This document shows positions 1 through 7,514 of a stretch of 23,087 nucleotides of DNA, in pieces. The DNA is from Deinococcaceae bacterium. GTDB lineage: Bacteria > Deinococcota > Deinococci > Deinococcales > Trueperaceae. The position numbers and the translations under genes are program-made. The notes under the pieces were generated by a model. That model searched no databases. It was not told where the DNA came from and worked only from the letters and a program-made list of their open reading frames with translations. How positions within the stretch are numbered: the stretch's first letter is position 1; every line of letters begins with the position of its first letter. Location: the NCBI GenBank assembly GCA_040256005.1, contig JBDZWC010000037.1:1-23087 (forward strand), written 5' to 3'.

Positions 1-2
1 AC

Positions 3-218
3 TGGTCGGCGGAGCTGCTCATCGGGTTCGGTGACATCACCACCGATGGCGTCGTCTATATGATCAACTCCAAGCAAGGTATCGGCACGGTAGAGACGAA
101 CATCGTCGACCACGGCGATACGGCGACCATGACCATGCAGGGCACCACGGGTGACGGCGTCGAGGTCTTCATCGAGAGCGTGTGCCGCGGGGTCAACAGG
201 TTCGAGGACCCCGGTTAG
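3..218 (+). CDS. Hypothetical protein, C-terminal fragment (5' truncated by window edge)
   Basis: Open frame from position 3 (WSAELLIGFGDITTDGVVYMINSKQGIGTVETNIVDHGDTATMTMQGTTGDGVEVFIESVCRGVNRFEDPG) to TAG at 216-218, with GC3-rich codons. Beta-strand-like composition, no recognised family. Confidence 0.75.
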   Translation, partial: WSAELLIGFGDITTDGVVYMINSKQGIGTVETNIVDHGDTATMTMQGTTGDGVEVFIESVCRGVNRFEDPG

Positions 219-237
219 CGGCCGGGGGTACGGCCGC
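218..237 (+). terminator. Short GC hairpin directly at the stop of the upstream CDS
   Basis: GCGGCCG-ggggta-CGGCCGC forms a perfect 7-bp stem. There is no U-tract, so a terminator role is uncertain. Confidence 0.3.
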
Positions 238-253
238 GTCCTTGGCCCTGCTC

Positions 254-300
254 GGTGGTGGGACCACAACCTGTTTGTTTGAGGACCCACTACCTCTTTT
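254..300 (+). terminator. Hairpin with T-rich tail (intrinsic terminator candidate or REP-like unit)
   Basis: GGTGGTGGGACC (254-265) pairs with GGACCCACTACC (283-294) with one G-U pair and one mismatch, followed by TCTTTT (295-300). Confidence 0.4.
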
Positions 301-430
301 GCGCCGTAGAGCCACTACCAACCTTGTGAATAGAGCAACCGAGAGGTTGCATGATAAACGCCGTCAGGGACGCGCATAGGGGAACCGGCCGGGCGGCCAC
401 TATGCACTAGCTTGGTAGTGGCTTCGGCGC
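301..430. other. Structured intergenic element (candidate ncRNA or REP/MITE-like inverted-repeat element)
   Basis: Perfect 12-bp inverted repeat AGCCACTACCAA (310-321)/TTGGTAGTGGCT (412-423), extended by GCGCCG (301-306)/CGGCGC (425-430). Internal hairpins GCAACC-GAGA-GGTTGC (335-350) and GCATAG..CTATGC (374-405). Confidence 0.55.
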
Positions 431-583
431 CCAGAAGACCTGCGAGAACGCGCCCCCGACGAACGTGACGGACAATGCCAATAGCGCCTCGTGGACCCGT
501 GACCACAACCCGCACGACCTGACTTCGCGCCCACACGAGGGCGACGCCGCGGCACGGACCGGCACCCGCTCTATCCTCACGAC

Positions 584-1180
584 ATGGATCCTCTGCAGGG
601 CGTGTGGCCGGCGGCAGTCTTGCTGTTCTTCGTCATGGATCCGTTCGGGAACATCCCGCTGGTCCTGACCCTGCTCAAGGACGTCGACAAGGAGCGCAGA
701 CGGCGGGTCGTCATGCGCGAGCTCGTCATCGCGCTCGCCGTGCTCCTCTTCTTCCTCTTCTTCGGTCAGCACATCCTCGGCTTCCTCGGACTCCAGGAGG
801 AGAGCGTCTCCATCGCAGGGGGCATCGTGCTCGGCGTGATCGGCCTGCGCATGGTCTTCCCGCGCGCGGAGGGCGTGATGGGCTTCCAGGCCGGCGGCGA
901 GCCGTTCATCGTGCCGCTCGCCATCCCACTCATCGCGGGACCGTCGGCGATGGCCATGGTCATCCTCCTGGCGCGCAGCGCACCGGGGAGCCTCGGCAGA
1001 TGGGTCGTCGCCCTACTGGTCGCTTGGCTCGCGACCGCCGCGGTGCTCATGGCCGCGCCACTGCTGCTGCGCCTGCTCAAGGAGAGAGGACTTCAGGCGG
1101 TAGAGCGCCTCATGGGCATGCTGCTCATCATGCTGGCCGTTCAGATGGTCGTGAACGGGATCTCCGCCCTGGCGGACTGA
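584..1180 (+). CDS. MarC family integral membrane protein (YhgN-like)
   Basis: Motifs 'FFVMDPFGNIP', 'IAGGIVL', 'FIVPLAIPLIAGPSA' and 'ERLMGMLL'. About six hydrophobic segments. TATCCT lies 6 nt upstream of the ATG. Confidence 0.93.
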   Translation: MDPLQGVWPAAVLLFFVMDPFGNIPLVLTLLKDVDKERRRRVVMRELVIALAVLLFFLFFGQHILGFLGLQEESVSIAGGIVLGVIGLRMVFPRAEGVMGFQAGGEPFIVPLAIPLIAGPSAMAMVILLARSAPGSLGRWVVALLVAWLATAAVLMAAPLLLRLLKERGLQAVERLMGMLLIMLAVQMVVNGISALAD

Positions 1181-1221
1181 CGGCTGGCGGCCGACCGCCG
1201 CTCCTGCCAGAGCCCGTTGCG

Positions 1222-1605
1222 CTACCCCCTGGGGTTCTCGATGCAGCGCAGCAGGCTGCCCTCGGGGTCGACCAGCGCGAACATCCGGAGGCCATGTTGG
1301 GTCTCCGGAGGAGTGATGCGCGGGATCGAGGTGCGGTCCCTGGGCAGGCCGTCCACCGCGAACTCACCGTAGAGAGCGTCCAGGTCGTCGACTCGGACAC
1401 AGGCGCTGAAGGCGCTGCGCCTCGGATCATGCTGGTGCGGGAAGAACTCGAGCTCCAGGGCCCCTCGCCGCAGGATCATCCAGCCGTCATCCTTGAAAGC
1501 GGTGTCGAAACCGAGTCGGCGGTAGAAGGCCTCGGTGGCGTCGAAGTCCCTGCTCGGCAGGTTGGCTGTGATGCGGTCGCCTCTGGTGCTGCTCAAGCCG
1601 CTCAC
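1222..1605 (-). CDS. VOC-superfamily bleomycin resistance (Ble/BRP-like) protein
   Basis: 'ITANLPSRDFDATEAFYRRLGF...WMILRRG.LELEFF...SACVRVDDLDALY...GLRMFALVDPEGSLLRC' is a typical Ble-family pattern. The start may instead be the TTG at 1596, which lies 8 nt after GAGGAG. Confidence 0.85.
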   Translation of the reverse strand: MSGLSSTRGDRITANLPSRDFDATEAFYRRLGFDTAFKDDGWMILRRGALELEFFPHQHDPRRSAFSACVRVDDLDALYGEFAVDGLPRDRTSIPRITPPETQHGLRMFALVDPEGSLLRCIENPRG

Positions 1606-1618
1606 TCCTCGCGGGCCC

Positions 1619-2275
1619 TCAGCGCGGGTGGTGGTCGATGCCTTCGTAGGCGTCGATGAACCGGCGCATGCCCTCCTCGTCGATGTCGTCGAAGCGCTGC
1701 AGCCGCTGCCATGCCGTCAAGACGTACTGGCTGCCGAGGTTCTCGCGGGGGACGATGATGATCCGCCGGTAGCCCTGCGACACCTGTTCGAGTGCGGCCA
1801 CGCGCTCGGCGTTCTCCTCGGGCGTGCCCATGTCGTACCAGAGCACCACCCCGGCATCCTCCATGTTGTGGACGACGTACTCGTCCGGCAGCGGTTCGAA
1901 GTGCGAGCCCCACGGAGCCACGCTCGGCATGTGAGGGCCGGACGTGGGCGGGTCGCTGTTGTACGGGACGTGCGGGGAGTTGAGCGACAGCAGGTGCACG
2001 TTGCCGAGGCTCCGGAACTTCTCACCGGGACGGTTCGCCTCCAGCACGAGCTGCATGGCGATCGCGGCCACCACGACCGTCGCCAGGCCGGCGCCCACAG
2101 CGACGTTGACCCGTTGCTGCTTGCGCTTGCGGTCGCCGCGCACTCGGGCCGCGACGCTGCCTGACTTTCCACCGGGGGCGGACTTCTCGCTGCTCGCGCC
2201 CCTGTCCGCCTGCTGGTTCGCCGCGGCGCCCTGCTTCGCCGGCTTGCCAGCCGACTTCGACTTCTTCTTGGCCAT
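1619..2275 (-). CDS. DUF3105 domain-containing membrane-anchored protein
   Basis: Basic N-terminus, one TM helix, then 'YNSDPPTSGPH...W...VVHNMEDAGVVLWY' and 'VLTAWQRL', characteristic of DUF3105. Confidence 0.85.
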   Translation of the reverse strand: MAKKKSKSAGKPAKQGAAANQQADRGASSEKSAPGGKSGSVAARVRGDRKRKQQRVNVAVGAGLATVVVAAIAMQLVLEANRPGEKFRSLGNVHLLSLNSPHVPYNSDPPTSGPHMPSVAPWGSHFEPLPDEYVVHNMEDAGVVLWYDMGTPEENAERVAALEQVSQGYRRIIIVPRENLGSQYVLTAWQRLQRFDDIDEEGMRRFIDAYEGIDHHPR

Positions 2276-2314
2276 GGGTTACGAATCTACCCGGTCGAGA
2301 GCGGTCAGCGGGTG

Positions 2315-3973
2315 TCAACCAGCGGCATGCCGCTTAAGGAAGGCCAGGAGCCCGGCGGTGGACGCGTCGAGATCGTCCTGGGTACCAGCCTCAGCCAGCC
2401 GCGGGAGCAGCGCCGACGCCAGCTCCTTGCCCAGCTCCACACCCATCTGATCGAACGAGTTGATGTCCCAGACGACGCCCTGCACGAAGACCTCGTGCTC
2501 GTACAGCGCGATCAGCGCACCCAGCGCTCCCGGCGTGAGCTGCGGGAAGAGGAGCGTGGTCGAGGGCCGGTTGCCCGGGAAGGTCTTGGCCGCTGCCAGC
2601 GCCTCGGACATCTCGGGCTGCCGCGCCTCGTCCGTGGTCCGGCCCCGCATGAGCGCCTGAGGCTGGGCCAGCAGGTTGGCGAGCAGGGCCCGGTGATGCT
2701 CGAGGAGCCCATGGTGGGGTCTCGCGAAGCCGATGAAGTCGGCCGGCGCCAGCACCGTCCCCTGGTGGAGCAGCTGGTAGAAGGCGTGCTGTCCGTTGGT
2801 GCCCGGCTCGCCCCACACGACGGGTCCGGTCCGGTAGGTGACTGGTTCGCCCCCGCGGCGCCTGCCCTTGCCGTTGGACTCCATGTCGAGCTGTTGCAGG
2901 TAGCGCGGGAGGTGCTCCAGAGACTCGTCGTAGGGCAGCACGACCCTCGTCTGGGCGCCCAGGAAGTCCACGTACCAGAGGGCGAGGAGCCCGAGCAGCA
3001 CCGGCAGGTTCTCCTCGAGCGGCGCCGTGCGGAAGTGCAGGTCCAGCGCGTGGCCGCCGCGCAAGAGCTCCTCGAAGACCTCGTAGCTTGTGGCCAGGCA
3101 GATGGAGAGCCCCATCGCCGACCACAGCGAGTAGCGACCGCCCACCCAGTCCCACATCTCGAACACGTTGTCCGCCGGGATGCCGAACTCGCGCGCGCGG
3201 TCTACCGCCGAGGAGATGGCTACGAAATGCCTCGCGACGGCGGAGTCGTCGCCGGCGGCGCGAGCGAGCCAGTCGCGCGCCGTGCGAGCGTTCATCATCG
3301 TCTCCTGCGTCGTGAACGTCTTGGACGCGACCAGGAACAGCGTCGTCTGTGGGTCGAGGTCGGACAGGACGCGGGCGATCGCGGCGCCGTCGACGTTGGA
3401 GACGAAGCGCACGCGGATGCCCTCGGCCGCGTAGGGTTCCAGCGCCCCGACCACCATCTGGGGCCCCAGGTGCGAACCGCCGATGCCGATGTTCACGACG
3501 TCGGTGATGCGCTCGCCCGAGAACCCGCGCCAGTCGCCGGCGTGCACCGCGCGTGTGAAGTCCCGCATGCGCTCACGCACCGCGCGCACCTCCGGCAGCA
3601 CGTCGACGCCGTCCGCGAGGACCCTCTCGCTGGTCAGGTCGCGCAGGGCGACGTGCAGCGCCGGGCGGTCCTCGGTCACGTTGATGCGCTCGCCGGCGAA
3701 CATCGCCTCACGGGCCTGCTCGAGCCCAGCCGCGCGCGCCAGCGCCACGAGCAGAGGCAGCGTGTCCGACGTGATGAGGTGCTTGCTGTAGTCGGCCAGC
3801 AGCTCGGTGCCGGCCAGCGGCAGCGCCAGGGAGAAGCGCTCGAACCTGCCGGGGTCGCGGCGGAACGCCGCGCGCAGATCGAGGCCTCGTACCTCGCCGG
3901 CGTGGGCCTCCAGGCGGCGCCAGGCCAGCTCCCACGCGCCCTGATCGCGCGACCAGACCGGCGAGATGCTCAC
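2315..3973 (-). CDS. pgi: Glucose-6-phosphate isomerase
   Basis: Motifs 'INVTEDRPALHVALR', 'NIGIGGSHLGP', 'ASKTFTTQET', 'WDWVGGRYSLWS', 'QQLDMESNGK', 'GEPGTNGQHAFYQLLHQG' and 'INSFDQMGVELGK'. Confidence 0.98.
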   Translation of the reverse strand: MSISPVWSRDQGAWELAWRRLEAHAGEVRGLDLRAAFRRDPGRFERFSLALPLAGTELLADYSKHLITSDTLPLLVALARAAGLEQAREAMFAGERINVTEDRPALHVALRDLTSERVLADGVDVLPEVRAVRERMRDFTRAVHAGDWRGFSGERITDVVNIGIGGSHLGPQMVVGALEPYAAEGIRVRFVSNVDGAAIARVLSDLDPQTTLFLVASKTFTTQETMMNARTARDWLARAAGDDSAVARHFVAISSAVDRAREFGIPADNVFEMWDWVGGRYSLWSAMGLSICLATSYEVFEELLRGGHALDLHFRTAPLEENLPVLLGLLALWYVDFLGAQTRVVLPYDESLEHLPRYLQQLDMESNGKGRRRGGEPVTYRTGPVVWGEPGTNGQHAFYQLLHQGTVLAPADFIGFARPHHGLLEHHRALLANLLAQPQALMRGRTTDEARQPEMSEALAAAKTFPGNRPSTTLLFPQLTPGALGALIALYEHEVFVQGVVWDINSFDQMGVELGKELASALLPRLAEAGTQDDLDASTAGLLAFLKRHAAG

Positions 3974-3977
3974 GACC

Positions 3978-4481
3978 TCAGGCGCCCATCCCTTTCACCT
4001 TCGGTGCTTTCCGGTCCGGAGGTCCCATGTCCTCACGCAGCTGCGCCAGGGCCTCCGGGTCGACGAGGTCAGACATGCGCACGCCGCCGAAGACGTCGTG
4101 CATCAGAAGCGTCGTGCGCATCCACATGCCGTTGACGTTGCAGAAGCCCTTCCTCTGCTGGGTGGCGCACTGCTGCCTCGTCTGGCAGGTGTCCATCAGC
4201 AGCGGTCCGGAGACGGTCTGTATGACGTCTAGGAGGCTCAGGTCCGAGGGGTCCACCGTCAGCCTGACGCCACCGGTCCGTCCGGGACGGCTCTCCACGT
4301 AACCGGCCTTCGACAGCCGGCCCAGCACTTTCGCGAGGAACGCCGGCGGGAACTGGAGGTCCTCGGCGATGCGGGCGCTGCTCGCTCCAGGGTTCTCTGC
4401 GACGTAGACGATCGTGTGCACGGCGTAGCTCTCCTCACGCCGCAACAGCGTCCTGACGCCGCTCGTAGCGTCCTTGTCCAC
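3978..4481 (-). CDS. Rrf2 family transcriptional regulator with three Cys (putative Fe-S, NsrR-like)
   Basis: wHTH 'IAEDLQFPPAFLAKVLGRLSKAGYVESRPGRTGGVRL', then 'LSLLDVI' and C-X5-C-X8-C (DTCQTRQQCATQQRKGFC). Divergent from nirK. Start placed at GTG 4481 because TAGCAT lies 5 nt upstream; the ORF track extends to 4502. Confidence 0.92.
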   Translation of the reverse strand: MDKDATSGVRTLLRREESYAVHTIVYVAENPGASSARIAEDLQFPPAFLAKVLGRLSKAGYVESRPGRTGGVRLTVDPSDLSLLDVIQTVSGPLLMDTCQTRQQCATQQRKGFCNVNGMWMRTTLLMHDVFGGVRMSDLVDPEALAQLREDMGPPDRKAPKVKGMGA

Positions 4482-4560
4482 GCCGGATGCTAGCACCGGC
4501 ACCCTCGCTGCCGAGGTTCGCGAACTGCCGCCGGGGGCGCCCTCCAGGTCGGCAACCGCT

Positions 4561-4623
4561 GGACATCTGTCCCTTACCGGCGTTGTACCCGCACACCTAA
4601 CCTGGACACAGATGTCCGAGTTA
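4561..4623. promoter_or_regulatory. Palindromic operator candidates between rrf2 and nirK
   Basis: TAACCTGGACA-CAGA-TGTCCGAGTTA (4598-4623, arms 9/11 complementary) and GGACA-TC-TGTCC (4561-4572). Confidence 0.6.
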
Positions 4624-4690
4624 CGGCGGTTCGTCCGTGGCCGGGACTTCGCAAGGAGAGAGGCCCGAGAGCGGGCATAGGAGGCAGCAA

Positions 4691-5905
4691 GTGAGGAACT
4701 TCAGAGGCAACCTGCACATAGGGGCGATCATCGGGGCCGCGACCCTGGTGGTCGTCATCGCCGTCGGGCTGGCCCTCTTCGGTGGCCGGACCGGTGAGGC
4801 GGGCGCGCCATCGATCGCGGACCCCGCCGTCCAGCACACGCTGGCCGACACCTCGAACCAGCACGCCGTACACGACCTGACCATCAACGCGGCCTGGGCC
4901 GAACGCGCCCTGCGGGCCGACGACGAGGACCAGGTCCCCGTGGCGGACCTGCCGGTCATCGAGGGCGTCCTCGGTTTCGCACCCAACGCCGCCCCGCCCG
5001 TGAACCGCGACTACCGCGCCCACGTCAAGATCGAACTCGAGACCAGTGAAGAGGTCATGGAGCTCGCCGACGGCGTCGAGTACCGCTTCTGGACCTTCGG
5101 CGGCAGCGTCCCCGGCCCCATGATCCGGGTGCGCGAGGGCGACTTCGTCACCTTCACACTGCAGAACCACCCCACCAGCCTGATGCCCCACAACATCGAC
5201 CTGCACGCCGTGAGCGGCCAGGGCGGCGGCGCCGAGGCGACGCTCATCTCCCCTGGGCAGCAGGCGACGTTCGGCTTCACCGCCCTTAACCCGGGCGTGT
5301 ACATCTACCACTGCGCCACGGCGCCGGTAGGCATGCACATCGCGAACGGCATGTACGGCCTCATCGTCGTCGAACCCAAGGAAGGCTTCACGCCGGTGGA
5401 CCGCGAGTACTACGTGGTGCAGGGCGACTTCTACACCAAGGGCGACTTCGGCGAGAAGGGCCTGCAGGACTTCGACATGATGCGCGCCGTCGACGAGAAC
5501 GCCGCCTACGTGGTCTTCAACGGCCGCGTCGGCTCGCTCACGGGCGACAACGCCCTCCAGGCCAAGGTCGGCGAGACCGTCAGGCTCTTCGTCGGCAACG
5601 GTGGCCCCAACCTGACCAGCAGCTTCCACGTCATCGGCGACGTCTTCGACCGCGTCTGGCTCGAGGGTGGCGCGATGATCAACCGCGACGTCCAGACCAC
5701 CGTGATCCCCGCCGGCGGCGCCGCGGTGGTGGAGTTCGAGGCCGACGTGCCCGCCTCCCTCACACTCGTCGACCACGCGATCTTCAGGGCCTTCAACAAG
5801 GGCGCCATCGGCTCGCTGGTAGTGACCGGCGAGAAGGACCACGTGGTCTTCACCGAGCGCATCGACGTCCGCCCCTACAACCCCGACGCCACGGCCGGCA
5901 ACTGA
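4691..5905 (+). CDS. nirK: Copper-containing nitrite reductase (AniA-type), N-terminally membrane-anchored
   Basis: Cu-ligand and catalytic motifs 'PHNIDLHAV', '[18 protein letters not shown]', '[15 protein letters not shown]' and '[14 protein letters not shown]'. GTG at 4691 follows GGAGG (4680-4684). Confidence 0.96.
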   Translation: MRNFRGNLHIGAIIGAATLVVVIAVGLALFGGRTGEAGAPSIADPAVQHTLADTSNQHAVHDLTINAAWAERALRADDEDQVPVADLPVIEGVLGFAPNAAPPVNRDYRAHVKIELETSEEVMELADGVEYRFWTFGGSVPGPMIRVREGDFVTFTLQNHPTSLMPHNIDLHAVSGQGGGAEATLISPGQQATFGFTALNPGVYIYHCATAPVGMHIANGMYGLIVVEPKEGFTPVDREYYVVQGDFYTKGDFGEKGLQDFDMMRAVDENAAYVVFNGRVGSLTGDNALQAKVGETVRLFVGNGGPNLTSSFHVIGDVFDRVWLEGGAMINRDVQTTVIPAGGAAVVEFEADVPASLTLVDHAIFRAFNKGAIGSLVVTGEKDHVVFTERIDVRPYNPDATAGN

Positions 5906-5933
5906 CAGCGCCGGAACGCTAGAGGAACCAGAC

Positions 5934-6719
5934 ATGTCCCGCCACCTCGTCACAACCGCCCTGCTCGCCCTCGTGGCCATGAGCGCACCCGTGACCGCTG
6001 CGGCTGCTGACGCGGCGACCGTCTCTGGGCAGACGGTGCAGGTGCCCGGCGGCGAGGTGGCACTGCTCTTCCCCGTCGAAGGCGAGGAGCTGGCCCACGT
6101 CGAATCGTTCGAACTCGACGTGACACCAGTTACCAACGCACAGTTCCTCGCCTTCGTGACGGGGCACCCGGAGTGGAGGAGGAGCGCAGTCCCGCGGGTC
6201 TTCGCCGCGGACGGCTATCTCTCCCACTGGGCCGGCGACCTCGAACTGGGCGCTGCCGCCCCGGACGCCCCTGTCACCAACGTCTCCTGGTTCGCGGCCG
6301 CCGCCTACTGCGAGGCGCGGGGTGCGCGCCTGCCCACCGAGGCCGAGTGGGAGTACGCGGCCCGCGCCGGCCGCGAACTGGCCGACGGCTATCAGGAGGC
6401 CGGCTACCGCGAGAGCGTGCTCGTGCTCGTCAGCTCACGTGCTGCCCGGCCGGCCGACGTGGGTCGGGGCGAGGTCAACGCCTACGGCGTGCGCGACATG
6501 CACGGGCTCGTGTGGGAGTGGGTCTTCGACGTCGGCGCTGCGATGAACACCGCCGACAGCCGCTCATCCGGCGACCGGCGACTGCAGCTCCTCTGCGGTG
6601 GAGGCTCCGCCGGCGCGACCGACAACGGTGACTACGCAGCGTTCCTGCGCTACGCCTTCCGCAGCGGCCTCTCGGGCGATTACGCAGGGGGCGGCCTTGG
6701 ATTTAGGTGCGCGTCGTGA
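5934..6719 (+). CDS. Formylglycine-generating enzyme family protein (NirV-like), exported
   Basis: Signal peptide plus 'LDVTPVTNAQF', 'PVTNVSWFAAAAYC', 'RLPTEAEWEYAAR', 'NAYGVRDMHGLVWEW' and 'GFRCA'. Lies directly after nirK, as nirV-like genes commonly do. Confidence 0.9.
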   Translation: MSRHLVTTALLALVAMSAPVTAAAADAATVSGQTVQVPGGEVALLFPVEGEELAHVESFELDVTPVTNAQFLAFVTGHPEWRRSAVPRVFAADGYLSHWAGDLELGAAAPDAPVTNVSWFAAAAYCEARGARLPTEAEWEYAARAGRELADGYQEAGYRESVLVLVSSRAARPADVGRGEVNAYGVRDMHGLVWEWVFDVGAAMNTADSRSSGDRRLQLLCGGGSAGATDNGDYAAFLRYAFRSGLSGDYAGGGLGFRCAS

Positions 6720-7471
6720 CGCCTAGAGGGGTGACCGACATCTTCACCTTCCGCACGATCCTGTTCGTTGGCGCGTTGGGCCTCTCCCTGCTGCTCTCGG
6801 CTTGCGGTGAGGACAGCGGTGCCCGTGAAGCCGTCCCGGAGGTGGCTAGCGCTCCGACCGAGGTGCTCGTGCAGCAGCAGGGCCGTCACCCGGCCCACGC
6901 CACGCACCACGCCGGTCACGAGGGCCACGCCACCCACGACGCTCACGCGCATCACCAGCCCGCTTTGCCGGCGGCCGAGCTGCCGGGCACCTCGCTCTTC
7001 CACCTCGACAGGGCCTGGACGAACCAGGACGAGGCGCCGTTCGGCCTGCCGGAGCTGAGGGGCCGCCCGTCTGTCGTCGTGATGTTCTACGGCGACTGCA
7101 CGACGGCCTGTCCGCTGCTGGTGAAGACTGCACAGGACATCGAGGCCGCCCTACCCGTCGAGCTGCAGGGCGAGGTCTCGTTCGTCATGGTCACGTTCGC
7201 GACCCAGGCAGACACCCCCGCCAAGCTCAAGACGTACGCGGCCAGTAAGGGCCTCCACCGTGAAGGGTGGCACTGGCTGGTCGGCAGTGACCTCCAGACG
7301 CGGCAGCTCGCCACCTTGCTCGGCGTGCAGTACCGGGACCTGGGCAACGGTACGTTCGCCCACTCGAACGTCGTCACCGTTCTCGATGCGGACGGCGTGC
7401 CGGCGGCCCGTCTCGAGGGTCTGGGCGTGGATGTCTATCCGGCCGTGGAGGCGCTGCTCGAAGCTTCTTAG
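6716..7471 (+). CDS. SCO1/SenC family copper chaperone lipoprotein with His-rich linker
   Basis: Lipobox 'LLLSAC', CxxxC 'DCTTACP', conserved His in 'FAHSN'. The GTG at 6716 overlaps the upstream stop (GTGA); alternative starts are 6707 and 6731. Confidence 0.92.
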   Translation: MTPRGVTDIFTFRTILFVGALGLSLLLSACGEDSGAREAVPEVASAPTEVLVQQQGRHPAHATHHAGHEGHATHDAHAHHQPALPAAELPGTSLFHLDRAWTNQDEAPFGLPELRGRPSVVVMFYGDCTTACPLLVKTAQDIEAALPVELQGEVSFVMVTFATQADTPAKLKTYAASKGLHREGWHWLVGSDLQTRQLATLLGVQYRDLGNGTFAHSNVVTVLDADGVPAARLEGLGVDVYPAVEALLEAS

Positions 7472-7514
7472 GCCGAACCTCTTCGCAACGCGGCCAGGGT
7501 CGGAGCCACTTCTT

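Noticed and set aside
301..430. c-di-AMP riboswitch, SRP RNA or tRNA identity for the structured element
   Set aside because: GGGGAACC and CCGTCAG are present but not in the ydaO order. There is no SRP GGAA-loop core and no tRNA T-loop or CCA end.
254..510. CRISPR array or NrdR boxes as an explanation for the CCACWACC repeats
   Set aside because: The repeats are only 8-10 bp, irregularly spaced and in both orientations, with no cas genes. They do not fit the 16-bp NrdR palindrome and no nrd genes are adjacent.
182..668. Small ORFs in the first intergenic region (65, 73 and 67 aa)
   Set aside because: No clear RBS, atypical codon use and no motifs. The region is better explained by inverted repeats, though a small peptide cannot be fully excluded.
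1222..1605. Acquired bleomycin-resistance cassette
   Set aside because: No IS, integron or compositional anomaly nearby; more likely a chromosomal VOC homolog.
604..1659. 351-aa + strand ORF overlapping marC and the ble-like gene
   Set aside because: Arg/Gly/Pro-rich off-frame read of real genes.
2312..4135. 607-aa + strand ORF opposite pgi
   Set aside because: Antisense shadow of a GC3-rich gene; no recognisable motifs.
4574..6136. 520-aa - strand ORF opposite nirK
   Set aside because: Antisense shadow; nirK carries all the Cu-ligand motifs.
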